Shown here: piece after piece, positions 1 to 11,448 of the stretch | How the letters are laid out: every line of letters begins with the position of its first letter | Numbering within the stretch: the first letter of the stretch is position 1 | DNA from: Psilocybe cubensis | Lineage: Eukaryota | DNA length: 64,000 nucleotides | Assembly: GCA_017499595.2 (NCBI GenBank) | Contig: CM039000.1 | Location: 3,410,001-3,474,000, forward strand | Reading direction: 5' to 3' | Program-made: the position numbers and the translations under genes | The notes under the pieces: generated by a model | What the model was told of the DNA's origin: nothing | The model's input: the letters and a program-made list of their open reading frames with translations, nothing else | Database searches by the model: none

Positions 1-202
1 AAGACACCAAGTATCATACATTCCGATTTATAAGTCAAACTATATCGTACATGAAATAAACAAAAACTGATATTCTCGCGTCTATGATGTGCGGGGATGA
101 AATCAACCTTGATCCCACACACACAAAAGCGCCGGTTCGAATGATATTGTTTGACGACAATTGACCCATAAAATTACAGAAATACACTCCTTGAAAGGAA
201 AA

Positions 203-1253
203 TCACTTAGGTATATTCTCTCTGGCTTGCTGTTTAATTCTCCTCCTGCGAAAAATTAAATTAGCTTGCTTCCTTGATTTCTTTAATGTCATAAATCTTA
301 GGATACTTACTCATATGCTTGCTTATCGTTCCTGCGCCGTATAATTATGTTAGAGTCGGGGTGATGAATCAGGGATGAGGGAGCTCACTTGAACATGGTA
401 TAGGCATCACTTTGTGCAGGGTCATTCACATTGGGGTTATCGAGAAGGTCCTGAATACCGAGAAGAATCTGTCCAATGTGTCAAAAGTGCGATAGCGATT
501 CTGAAACAAGAATATTACCTGCTTGATGGTAATTGCAGGCTTCCAGGACTTCTCCTCGTCCAGAATTGAAAGACAAACAGTTCCAGAGGGATATACATTA
601 GGGTGGAAAAGGGGTGGAGTGAATTTACCTATAAAATATAGAAATATTCGTTCAGAAAGGATACATAGATGTTAAATCGATAAACTCACATTTGGGTGGC
701 TTTGACGGATAATCTAGATAGATAGATATCGAATCATAGAGATCCACACAATAGACATGGGGTGCGTACCTTCCGGGAAGTTCATTACCAGCTTGAACAA
801 ACCTCCTTCCCAAGCAGTCTATTTCATAACACAAAGTCAGGATAATCGTGATCGACCCAAGGCTGACGCGACGCCCGGAGCACATTTGAGAGTACAACGA
901 GGCAGAACCGTGAAAACCTACCTTCGATTTCCCCGGGATACCGACTTCCCATTCCATCAGGTTCATTGACCCATCGGGTGCTTTGGCAGGCTTAGCATAA
1001 AAACCCTATATCAAATACGAACAGTAAATATCCGAGTCCTTGAACGTTGTCCATGAGCCTAATCGCATGCCAATTGATATGAAAGCAGGGCAGGAGAAAA
1101 ACTCAGTCGTCGCCGAAAATCAATTTAGGCAACGACTGCCACACCTGAAAGTATGAAGTGAAAGAACTGCAAAGAAAGCCAACTCACAAATGGATGATCC
1201 TTCCTCCACTGCTTGCGCTCTTCAGCGAGACGTGTTCTACAGATACCCGACAT
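203..1253 (-). CDS. UBC9: SUMO-conjugating E2 enzyme (multi-exon)
   Basis: Spliced translation [111 protein letters not shown]..; ends [10 protein letters not shown]. Confidence 0.97.
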
Positions 1254-2339
1254 AACGAACAGTATAGATGGTAAAGATAAAGGATTTGTGGGACTTAGAT
1301 GATATGTGCTCGGCAACCCCTTCAACGACAAACTCACAAACTGACAATATCTTGAGTGCTGAGTCAGCAACCTTCAAAGTAATTACTTCAAAACATCCAC
1401 TTGAAAGCACTGTCGATGCACGTCAAAGTTCTTGTTTGATATTCAAACTTGACTGCCAAGTTTACAAGTTTTGGGACTTTGTCACTGACTTGGGGAAACC
1501 GGAGAATAGTAGAGGACATCTCAAATCATTAACATCACACTCCGCGTGTCTCGCTCGTCCTGCTTCACTGGTCACTCGACATACACACTAGTACCTTCCA
1601 ATTACCGTCATTGAGTGACGGTTCGTGGTCAGATGCATAGTCAAGATGGACACTGTCTATGAGACAATATCGTGAAAAATATAACATGAAAGAATGCATA
1701 GAAGCCCAAGACATGCTCCAATGGGCAGGCGAACTGGTACTTGCATGAAAATCTCCGTGGTTGCCAGACTATGAATATACGCCTCATTCACTTTGAAACC
1801 AGCACTGACAGCGATAAATAGCACCTCGAGAGCACACAGAAGCATCAAAGAACCTCATGGACGACATCAAAATCAAGCATTCGCATGGCTTTGAAATCGA
1901 CACTAGCTTCTCTGATAATGATCTATGCTTTCCAAACGGCCACCTTTGAACTTGCTATTCAAGCGGCAGGAGCTTGAATGAAGGCCGCTTGGAGGAGATT
2001 TCCAGCGAATGAGCGAAGTGCATAGTGATCCAATCGAAATGAATTATCGGTGTCGACAATGGCCGATTGGAAATCCGGGGTAATGCTTTCCGTCACCGAG
2101 GCCATGAGATAATCTGAAGGAATAGATCAATGATGTTAACAAGGCAAAGGCCAGCAAGAAGACCCGATGATTAAACAGATAGATAACTTGAGCAAGTGTG
2201 TTATTGTGTCGACTTAACGTTAGCCGGAGTGAAGGATGAAAATGCAATTGATATTAGCTACACAGCCTACAGTATAGATATCGATACTGTGTCGTTGTGA
2301 TATATGATGATGATTGGGGATAAACCGACAGATAGGCGA

Positions 2340-3327
2340 TTACTTCAACCTTAATCGCTCAGCGCGTGTTGCCTGTGTGCAAGCCGTGTAAGTTTTGACA
2401 ATGTAGCGAAAGCAATGAGACACGTACTCTTCTGCGCTTCCTTAGCCTACAGAAATAAAAGAAAGTTTGCAATGAGTATGCGCCAATTAAAACGCAAAAA
2501 AGGTGCTTTGCATCCAAAGAAAATTGAAGAATCGCCAACACTCACTTATGCTTCTTCATCTTCTTTCGCCTCTTCCTCTTTGTGCTGTCCAGTAGAACTT
2601 CCTCCCACTCTTTGTCGAACTGCTGTTGAAGATTGATCCGATCTGCGTCCTTGGAGACATCTAATCCGAGGTGCTTCATAGTCTTCTCCCATGCAAGTGT
2701 TGCACCGGCTTTGCTCAGGGTCAAAGCGCGCGTAAGCTGGCGTGCAGCCTCTGCATCAGGATCAATGAAGAGATCCTTCGTCGTTCCAAGGCCATACTTT
2801 GGCGCAGGAGGATGCTCAACTTCAGGCTGCAGCGCGCTGAAGAGAGGGTAGTTAGCCGGTACTTGGCGGAAGATAGAAGTTGGTTGAGAGATAAGGAGTA
2901 AGGGTCTATGAAGAGAGAAAAATTGGTGCATCTTGAAATCCTTAGAGCTTATAGAAACCTGGGGGATATGGTTGTTGGTAAATTCCGAGAAAGCATTGGC
3001 CAGGTCGGAAGGTTGAGAGGCCGCGTTGGTCGTGTTCTCAGAGGTGCTGGGCGCCGAGGTCGAGGTTGACGCATTCGTCGGTGAAGACTTGCTTTCCGCT
3101 ATCGAGCTAGAGACGACGGCATTGGGACGAGTCGCAGTGCTCTGAACGGAGTCTTGAGTGACTTCAGCGGGCGAGTCAGTCTTGGTGTTGTTCTTCGCAG
3201 GGACTACAGCATTCTTCGGTGATTTAGCGGAATTGAAGTAGCGGCCTCCACCGGACTTGGAAGAGAAATATGAAGAGTACGACCTGCGAGACGCAGGGAG
3301 GTACAGTAGTCGGTACAAGGCCGACAT
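2340..3327 (-). CDS. Mitochondrial Cox24/mS38-like protein (DUF1713-type basic C-terminus)
   Basis: Arg/Ser-rich presequence-like N-terminus; C-terminal LDSTKRKRRKKMKKHK spliced to LRKRRR and ATRAERLRLK*. Confidence 0.8.
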
Positions 3328-3490
3328 GGGAGAGTGCGCTGTCAGCCTCGACGAGCTCAGCGTGGTCGTTGACGGTAACTTGTAACTTTAACAGCTCCGG
3401 TGGAGTCACGATAAAAGGCTAAAACAAACAAGAATAAATACACAAATATAGGCAAAACACAAACTCGCTGAATCTTCGCTCCATTCCACC

Positions 3491-4490
3491 ATGTCAACTC
3501 GTGATAAAAAAGAATCCTATGTGTCTCCTTGTACTCTTTACAAAAATGTTATCGACCTGGAACTCACGACCTCCATGACCTGGCAATGCTCTTTTCATGA
3601 ATACTAGTAACCTGGGTAAAATCATCCTCCGAAGTTGCCCCAACATACTGTGACGTTGTCTCAACACATGTGTACCACTATGGTTGTCGAAGACCCTGTG
3701 CCTCACGGAGTTTGCATAGGAACCTTCTTCATGTGCACACTTGGGACTTTACCGAGTTCAATGCCAGTAGGCGTGGTGTAGAAGACAGAATCGAGCAGAT
3801 GGTCCGTCCATCCTTGCAAGCCTTCCACAAATGCTGAACAATTTTGCCATTGCGTTGTGATGTGGAATATCGCCAGCTCATCTTTAGCTGGTATGGGCCA
3901 TCCGATAGAATGCCTCCAACGGAGCCATGCCTGCCGACAATTGCAATGGTATCATGAATTCCCTCATACCAGGAGATGGAATTCTTCGCAAGGAAAATGC
4001 AATCGTTAGGAGATGTAAGATCTGAAAATTTGTAACCTAGTGGAGTGACTTCAGTATGCGGTTTGCGTAAAGGTGCAATGGATAGCGATTGGAAGGGCAA
4101 CTGTGATCAGGAGGTATGATTATGTGCACATGCATTCATTCCTTTGGGCTTTGTAAAGTCTTCACAATCTTATTCCTGCTCATCTTTTGCTGCGGATATA
4201 CGATTTCTGACATCTACACCTGAACCAAGCTTGCTGACGCCGATGCTGTCGAGAAGTAGACATCAATTATGCGCAGAATCCTGAAGGAATTGCAGAGGTT
4301 GATTTGAAGAATGACCGAGGCCTCGACATTACATTGAAATATTGCTTGAAGAACGTCTGGGAACTTGTTAAGGATATCGAAGATTCTATGCGTATCTTCG
4401 TTGACTGCGTTGTATTTCTCTGTGTCCGCAGTCATTACAACCTCCCACTACGTGTCTATCGATTATGCGGCTCATCGCAATCACTATGAT
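3491..4490 (+). pseudogene. Possible decayed gene of unknown family
   Basis: ATG in CCACCATG context at 3491; protein-like fragments (ADADAVE, EVDINYAQNPEGIAEVDLKNDRGLDITLKYCLKNVWELVKDIEDSMRIF) broken by stops and a frameshift; strand uncertain. Confidence 0.25.
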
Positions 4491-4727
4491 ACCTCAAGTG
4501 CAAGAGTGAAGAGTCGTTATGAGATATCTTTTCAACATTATCCTTTCGCATTGACGTCTGTCGAGTGCAGTGGTTTTAGAAAATATTCTAGGTTGATATC
4601 CTGATAGCGGACGAGCTGCTGTTTTCACAGAAGACACGGTTTTCAACTGTGAATTTACAAAAGTTCTATTTACAATGCATAACAAATGAGACTAATCGTA
4701 CAGATAACATGGGTATGACTTTACGAC

Positions 4728-5843
4728 TTAGAACTTGTTCCTTTTTCTCGGAAGTTTGGGTGTCATCTCCTGAGAAGCTCTATACACAGCAGGTATATTA
4801 GTCTAAATATGTCAAATCCAGAGACAAATCACTCACTTTCTGTTTTTCCCTTTGCTATCGTCGTCCACATCCATGTTCATATTCTCCCGCTCACCCACTT
4901 GGAACTGAGCCCCTCGCCTGGTCGCCATTCCACCACCCAAGCTCTTCTCCTTCTGCTTTTCATGAACCTCCTTGAGATTGTTCTGGAGTATACGCTCGTG
5001 CTCTTGTTGGCTGGCCTTTGCAGCTGCAGCATCCGCAGCGATCTGATTGATTTTATTGTCGAGGGTAGCTAGAACGGCTGATGTTGTCGACGCCCTGGAG
5101 ATCCTGATCAGAAAACAAAACTATGGATTCTTGTAAGCAGGTATTGACGTACCAGTCTTTCAATGCCGATAAGATGTATTCCAGTTTTCCTGGTTCAAGA
5201 TCACGGCCCATGGTGTACGACACTTCTAGCTGTTCCTCCTTCTGGTCGAGTTTTCCTTGTAAAAGGTCGAGGTAGATGGCATCAATGATGAGATCCTCAA
5301 GCTCTCGTACATTTGAGACGTCAAGGGATTTCAGCAAATCTGCGTAAGGGAGTATCTATCTGGCGATGTTAGCGAAATGGATTTCCTGAACAAACCTAAA
5401 AGCTTACGCGACGGTCGGCTGCCAATGATACGATTGTCAGATGCTTCAGCTTGGTGATTTGGCTCTGATTCAATGGCGGAAGCTCATCCTTGTGCTCTAG
5501 TTTTGTCAAGACAGGAAACGACGCAATACTTGAAAGACAACGAACGTACGAAGGTAATCCTGATATGTCTTATAAGAGAATAGTTGCAACAATGAAAAGA
5601 ATTTGGAGTGTTGCTCGCTTTTTTCCAGCTATGATAGATACCTCAGGTTACGGAAATGTCCTATGAGTGTGTAGATTCTATGTGCACCTCTTTGATGTTT
5701 GGCAACTCCAACAATTCAGCGAACACGAAGACTCCGGGTGCAGAAGTGGCATCTTGAATGAGTTTGGCGGCGGCGGCTCCTTTCAATGATTTCGCCATGA
5801 GCAAGAATGGCTCCAGCTTTGCTGAAAAGTTTGCAAGATCCAT
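4728..5843 (-). CDS. CSN7: COP9 signalosome subunit 7 (PCI domain)
   Basis: [36 protein letters not shown] and [32 protein letters not shown] motifs; ends KLPRKRNKF*. Confidence 0.9.
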
Positions 5844-6056
5844 AATACAATGTTCAAGTCTGATGCGATTTGGATGGTTGTGGACAGTTTGAAGGAGAAG
5901 CGGGGTCAGAGGCTGGGCGTTTGCTGACCTCCGGGCCGAGGAGCAATATACCGATTTGAGCAGAGTAGCAGCCGAGGCGCAGCTTACTCTCTTTCCACTT
6001 GCATAGATTTGGCCTCAATTGTATTGCTCTTTGTTTCCTCACGATATGCCTCTGAG

Positions 6057-7841
6057 ATGCCTTCAACTACACTAATGCTTGCTGCTCTGCTACTCCTGCC
6101 TTCAGTCTATGCAAATCAACAGATTTCGTTCACTTCTCACAGGCAGTTTGACCTACAGCACCCGGACCATTTACCGCTAACGAAAGATAACGATGGGGCT
6201 CAGAATACATATTTCAATCCCACTAATACTTATCCACTACCGTCACAAGCAGTCCATTTAAAATCGCAGCCTACACTCATCTACCGCCCTCGGTCCGTGG
6301 ACGTTCTCCATCGAACCAGGCTACGATCTCTACAACATGCTGAAAGTGGACTTGAACCAGTTTTGTGGGACTTGGTAGAAGTGGAGGGACCTGCAGTTGA
6401 GGATCTCCATACGTTATCACAGCTGGCTCGTATGTCGGGTAATGCGTATGCTTTGCCTGGACAGAAGAATTGGTACGAGGTTGATCATGCTTGGAACAGG
6501 GTACGCAGCTTTCTCCTTCCATATGTCGCCTGACGGCCATGGATAATTAATATAATTGTTTTCAATATGTTTGCATTAGAGTTTCCCATTTGGTTGGGAA
6601 GAATCTGATGGGTTCAGAGGACATGTTTTTCAGTCTTCCGATAATTCGACCATCGTCCTATCTATTAAGGGAACTACCCTTCAAGGTCCCACCTCCAAAC
6701 TAGATAAATTCAATGACAATCTGTATGTGGCCGTTTGCTTGAAAAACTCATGTACCACCTAACCTTAATTTTCTGAGTGTAGATTATTTTCTTGCTGCTG
6801 TGCAAGAGTTGACATATCATGGGTGTTTAGTACCGTATGTGATTGTTACGCGAAGAACTTCAGATGCGATAATCAATGCCTCACGGATGCCCTCATTCAA
6901 GACAGTCTTTTCTATTCGATTGGTGTTGTAAGTGATTATAAATTTAAACGGGGTTGTTTGTGCTTAATCTCCTTTCCTCCCAACACAGAAACTCATAGAC
7001 GACCTGCTTAAAATATATCCAGGGGCCAATGTTTGGCTCGTCGGTCATTCATTGGGAGGTTCATTGGCAAGTCTCTTGGGGGCCACATATGGTCTTCCAG
7101 CAGTAGCATTTGAATCTCCAGGCGAACGTCTCGCAGCGACTCGTTTACACCTGCCACTACCCCCGCCAATGTCCGCGCCTCCTCTTCCCTCTCCGGTCTC
7201 TACTTGGAAGTTCGGCATCCCTCATATCAAATTTCCATTCCCATTCCCGGGGCATTCGCCATCAAATGAACCCTCTATACCTATACCCACTACTCCTGCG
7301 CCTCCTCCGAGATTGCCTGCTCATCACATTGCCACGACGCATGTGTATCACAATGCCGACCCTATACCTCAGGGAGCATGCACAGGGATAGGCTCGCCTT
7401 GCGCGCAGGCTGGTTTTGCCCTTGAGACGCGATGCCACCTGGGACAAACTATTCTGTTTGACACTGTCAATAAACTTGGGTGGGGCGTGGATGTCAGGAA
7501 ACATGTTATTAGAGAAGTTGTTACGAAGGTTCTGGAAGGTGATGTATGGTGGGGAGAGGATGACGATGAACCGGACGGGAACCCAGAAGATGGGCAGGAT
7601 GACGAGGATGACGACTGGACAATAATCAAGTCATTCAAGAATAAGAAAGGAAAGCACAAAGACAAGAAGGGCAGAGAAGGACCCAGTCCTGTGCCGAAAC
7701 CTTTCATAGAAGAAGATTGTGTGGTATGTAATACCTTACTTGCGATTTGATCGTGGTTTTGACGTTAATTCTACTCTGCCACAGGAATGCTTCAAGTGGG
7801 AATTTGGAGATTTCAAAGATCGAGAGAAGGACGTGTTATGA
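6057..7841 (+). CDS. ATG15: Atg15-like vacuolar autophagy lipase (class 3 lipase fold)
   Basis: Hydrophobic N-terminus; LARMSGNAY, FGWEESDGFRGHVF, SIKGT, KFNDNLLFSCCCARV, GHSLGG nucleophile, AFESPG, YHNADPIPQGAC, LETRCHLG; ends ECFKWEFGDF. Confidence 0.9.
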
Positions 7842-8351
7842 AGGGTGGGGTCGTTATGACTCTTATAAGCATCAATGCCCACACTCCCTTCAAGGGGATG
7901 TAACTTGTATGTAACAAAGCATCTGTATTCCTATATTTATTACATTTGTATCATGTACTAATAACAAAGCATTTACCCTCATTCATTACACCAAACACAA
8001 GGATCAACTTCGGCCAACTTTACGACCCCCATCGTCGGCATCACAGTCTATACTTGTTTTCCATTTTTCAAGCACTCGCTAGGCTCCAATGCCGCTGTGC
8101 CTTGCTACATTCACCGCATGTCGGAGGGATTTTTATCATTTACCTATTCACCTGCCAGGAACGCCTCTCTGGATTTCTTTTTCTTTGACATAATCATCAT
8201 TTTAAGGGAAAGACGGAGATGTGACCAGCGCGGCTGCGGCCCGTATGCAGCTGCCTCCAGCTTATAAAGTCGGAGCGGGACTGTGGTTTATATTTCAGAC
8301 AAAAGCATTTCACTGTCTGCGAATTGATTCGCATCCATTGGGTCTACAAAT

Positions 8352-9476
8352 ATGCTCGGTCGAAGCTCTTTCTGTGCTCTACTGTTTGCCGTCATTGTAA
8401 GTTTCCTTTGATCCATGTTTACTTCTATTCTAATAAACCTTTTTTGTAAACAGCTTTATTATTCGCCAGGAGCTGTCGCTCTTGTCGGTGCATCAAGCCG
8501 AGAACTGGGCGCAAGGCAAACAGAGAACCCTGTTTTTCTGGGCTGTTTTGCGTAAGAAGCCCTCCTTTCATAGTTCAAATTCCAAAAATCTAAATCCTCA
8601 CAGTGATGGCTCGCCACGCATACTGCGCCATGGAGCAGGTAGCAATCTAGCTGAAACAAGTTTTGCTAGTTGCGCCGATACCTGTTTCCAAGCCGGGTAC
8701 GCTCTTGCTGGCGTTGAGAACGGCCATGAGTGCTGTAAGGCCAAATGTTCTTGATCTTGTCTTAAAAAACCGGTGCTCACCATGTGTAACTTTTGACACC
8801 AAAATCAGATTGCGGAAACGCGTTCTTGTACGATTATGGCACTTCCACAGGCTGCACCTCGCCTTGCCCAGGCGATGCGTCGAACACTTGTGGGGGTCCC
8901 GGCGCTATGCAAGTTTATTCCACTGGTGCTGGGCCGTACACCACGGGCCCTGCATCTTTCGTGCTCACATACAATGGGTGGAATGTCACTGAATGCTGGG
9001 AGTAAGTTTGCCTTGGGTATGTATAAGGAACGCTGATAGAGAGAGCCTTTGTAGGGATGGAGTTGGCGGTCGTACCCTTCCTCATACACCCACCAATAAT
9101 CCTCCATCTGCGAGTATGACGGTCGAGAAATGTATCGACGCATGTGCCGCAGACGGCTACACTAGCGCGGGGTTGGAATGGGGACAGTGAGCTTCATTTT
9201 TCTTCGCATATCGAACCTGAAGAACCTAAATAACACTCTACAACCTGTCAATTAGAGAATGCTGTAAGTATCTACAGGAGAGTGTCCAAGAAATTTGTCA
9301 ATCTGATTTTTGCGTTATTTGCAGGGTGTGCAAGCCGAGATTATCCTCTTGGAGAATCGACTGTCTCTTTTGACTGCATGATGCCATGCAATGGGAATGC
9401 TGCAGAATACTGCGGTGGTTCGGACAGGATTCTGGTGTACACGAGTTTACCATGGGAGATCATGTTCTTCCCTTGA
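8352..9476 (+). CDS. Secreted protein with two WSC carbohydrate-binding domains only
   Basis: Signal peptide MLGRSSFCALLFAVI; WSC patterns C..TC.QAGYALAGVENGHECYCG..CTSPCPGDASNTCGG and MTVEKCIDACAADGYTSAGLEWGQECWC..CMMPCNGNAAEYCGG. Confidence 0.88.
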
Positions 9477-9816
9477 TGGGCTCAAGAGTGTTAATGATGT
9501 CTGTTGTCCCAGAAAGAGAGAAGGGCATAAAACTGGAACTTAGCAGAGTGTAAAATGATTTTCCGATTTGTATCAAACGAATTATATAGTGATTTCTGCG
9601 GTTCATGCAGACAAACAGTCTATATTTGCCTGACATTTTACAACATGAATTCGGGAGTAGGTTGCTTGAGTCTCGAAGATTTCCTAGGGCATAGTATGGA
9701 ATCAAATTCGTCGATGGCTTGGACAAACACAGCACTTTTTGATTAACAAAATTTCGCTGAGGTTTTCAATCATTTCATGTATTCATCAACCTAGATAAAA
9801 GGCGCGTCGTATAGAC

Positions 9817-10368
9817 CTAGTACATCAACTTCTCGATAGCGTTCTTGATAGCGATAATTTGCGAGGACAACTCCTTGGATTCTCCAGTGGTCACACTGGC
9901 AGAAATGACTGGCCTGGAAACGTTGCAGGCGCGGCCGAGGGCAGCCTTGGAAGGCAAGAAGATGTAGGGTACGTTCTGTGAGGAAAGAATTGTCGTTTGA
10001 GTACAGCAATCAAAATACATTTAGTGAGAACACACTGACCTTCTCTTCGCAAAGAAGAGGAAGATGGAGGAGAATCTCAAGAGGCTCGGTATCCGCGGTC
10101 AAGATGATGAATTCAGCAATACCACGATTAAGAGTCTTGGTGGCTAAAACCAATTTCAGACGTTTTGATTATGCAAGAAATGTATGGTCATACCTTCGTT
10201 AGCACCCTTCTTCAACTGCTTGTACTGACCGGCCTGTTGGACGAGCTCGAGAATCTGCAAGGAGAATTAAGGACGATGTTGTTTTTTTATGATTATCTAA
10301 AAACTCACAGAGTTGGTAAGGTCAGCATCAGCCAAAGGCCAAGCCCTTCCATGAGATTCGTCGGCCAT
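9817..10368 (-). CDS. SNU13: Snu13/15.5K L7Ae-family K-turn binding protein
   Basis: [92 protein letters not shown]. Confidence 0.97.
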
Positions 10369-10486
10369 CTTAATTTTTAGAGAATGAAAATTGGTGGATT
10401 AGAGTGACCTCACGGTTGATCCTTGGTCGAGTGGTAGGAGAGTTGCAGCAAAAGGTCAGTGGAGGTTCAAAAAAAAAGTAGCTGTG

Positions 10487-10498
10487 TATTACGTAATA
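10487..10498. promoter_or_regulatory. Perfect palindrome TATTACGTAATA (bZIP-type TTACGTAA core) in the SNU13/GGCT divergent promoter
   Basis: Seen directly, about midway between two start codons 250 bp apart. Confidence 0.4.
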
Positions 10499-10618
10499 AT
10501 CCCCAATAAGGGGCACCATATCTGGCACGGAAGCATTTGTTTATTTTTGGATCATGCCCCTTTCTTGAGCACAGGTTAAGAGTCAGGCGCAGGGTTCCCA
10601 GCTTCAATCTGACCCACG

Positions 10619-11171
10619 ATGTCCTCCAAGACAGTATACTTTGGCTATGGAAGCAACCTATGGCTTGACCAAATGAAGAGACGTTGCCCAGAAAGCAAAT
10701 ATGTTGGTGTAGGCTCTTTAAAAAACTGGTGAGAGCAAATACGCACTGCCAGACTCTTCACGGAACTCATGTCCAGAAAATTATCAAAGGAAATGGATCA
10801 TAAACGAGAGAGGATATGGAAACATTATACCATCAGCAGGAGACATTGTATATGGTCTCATGTACGAACTTACTGCAAGAGATGAACACGACCTCGACCT
10901 TTACGAGGGAGAAACCTACCAGAAACAAATCATCCCCGTGGATTTCACCGGTACACGCGACAACCCTACAAAGGAGGTTGTACGGGCATTGGTCTACATC
11001 GATGTTGAGAGGAAAGGTGCAAGCAGCCCGAGAAAAGAGTACATATACAGGATGAACATGGGCATCGCTGACGCGTTGAAGGAGGGCATTCCTGCCGAAT
11101 ACATCGACAAATACTTGCGTCTTTTCATCCCACCCCCCGACGCCAGGGCACTAGAGTTTAGCGACAGTTAG
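10619..11171 (+). CDS. Gamma-glutamylcyclotransferase (GGCT/AIG2-like)
   Basis: YFGYGSNLWLDQMKRRCP; WIINERGYGNI; VYGLMYELT..LDLYEG; one intron. Confidence 0.9.
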
Positions 11172-11448
11172 ACAGATAGACCCGTGTAGAGTCCTAGTTG
11201 GAATATGACTGAGCTGTATCAAAATGTCATTTCGTGAATGTCACGGCTTTTGCCGTACAGACGTGGCTCAAAAACGCGTCAGTCACCTGATTCCATATAG
11301 GGAGAACACGACTCGCGCGTTGGCGCTGACCGGGAGGATTGACAGAATACCACGCAAGTGGCTCTTGAAAGTTGCTTGAAAGTAATTCATATTGTTGCAA
11401 TGGGTTTCCCTGCGCCAGGGCACATACAAAACATAGCGATACACATCA

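Noticed and set aside
130..150. GGTTCGAAT tRNA T-loop-like motif
   Set aside because: No pairing T-stem or cloverleaf
1659..2250. Possible small spliced plus-strand gene divergent from UBC9
   Set aside because: Could not assemble a consistent reading frame or recognise a domain
11335..11346. AGGATTGACAGA match to an 18S rRNA segment, a possible snoRNA guide on the minus strand
   Set aside because: No adjacent CUGA D-box or properly spaced C-box; a 12-nt match is compatible with chance
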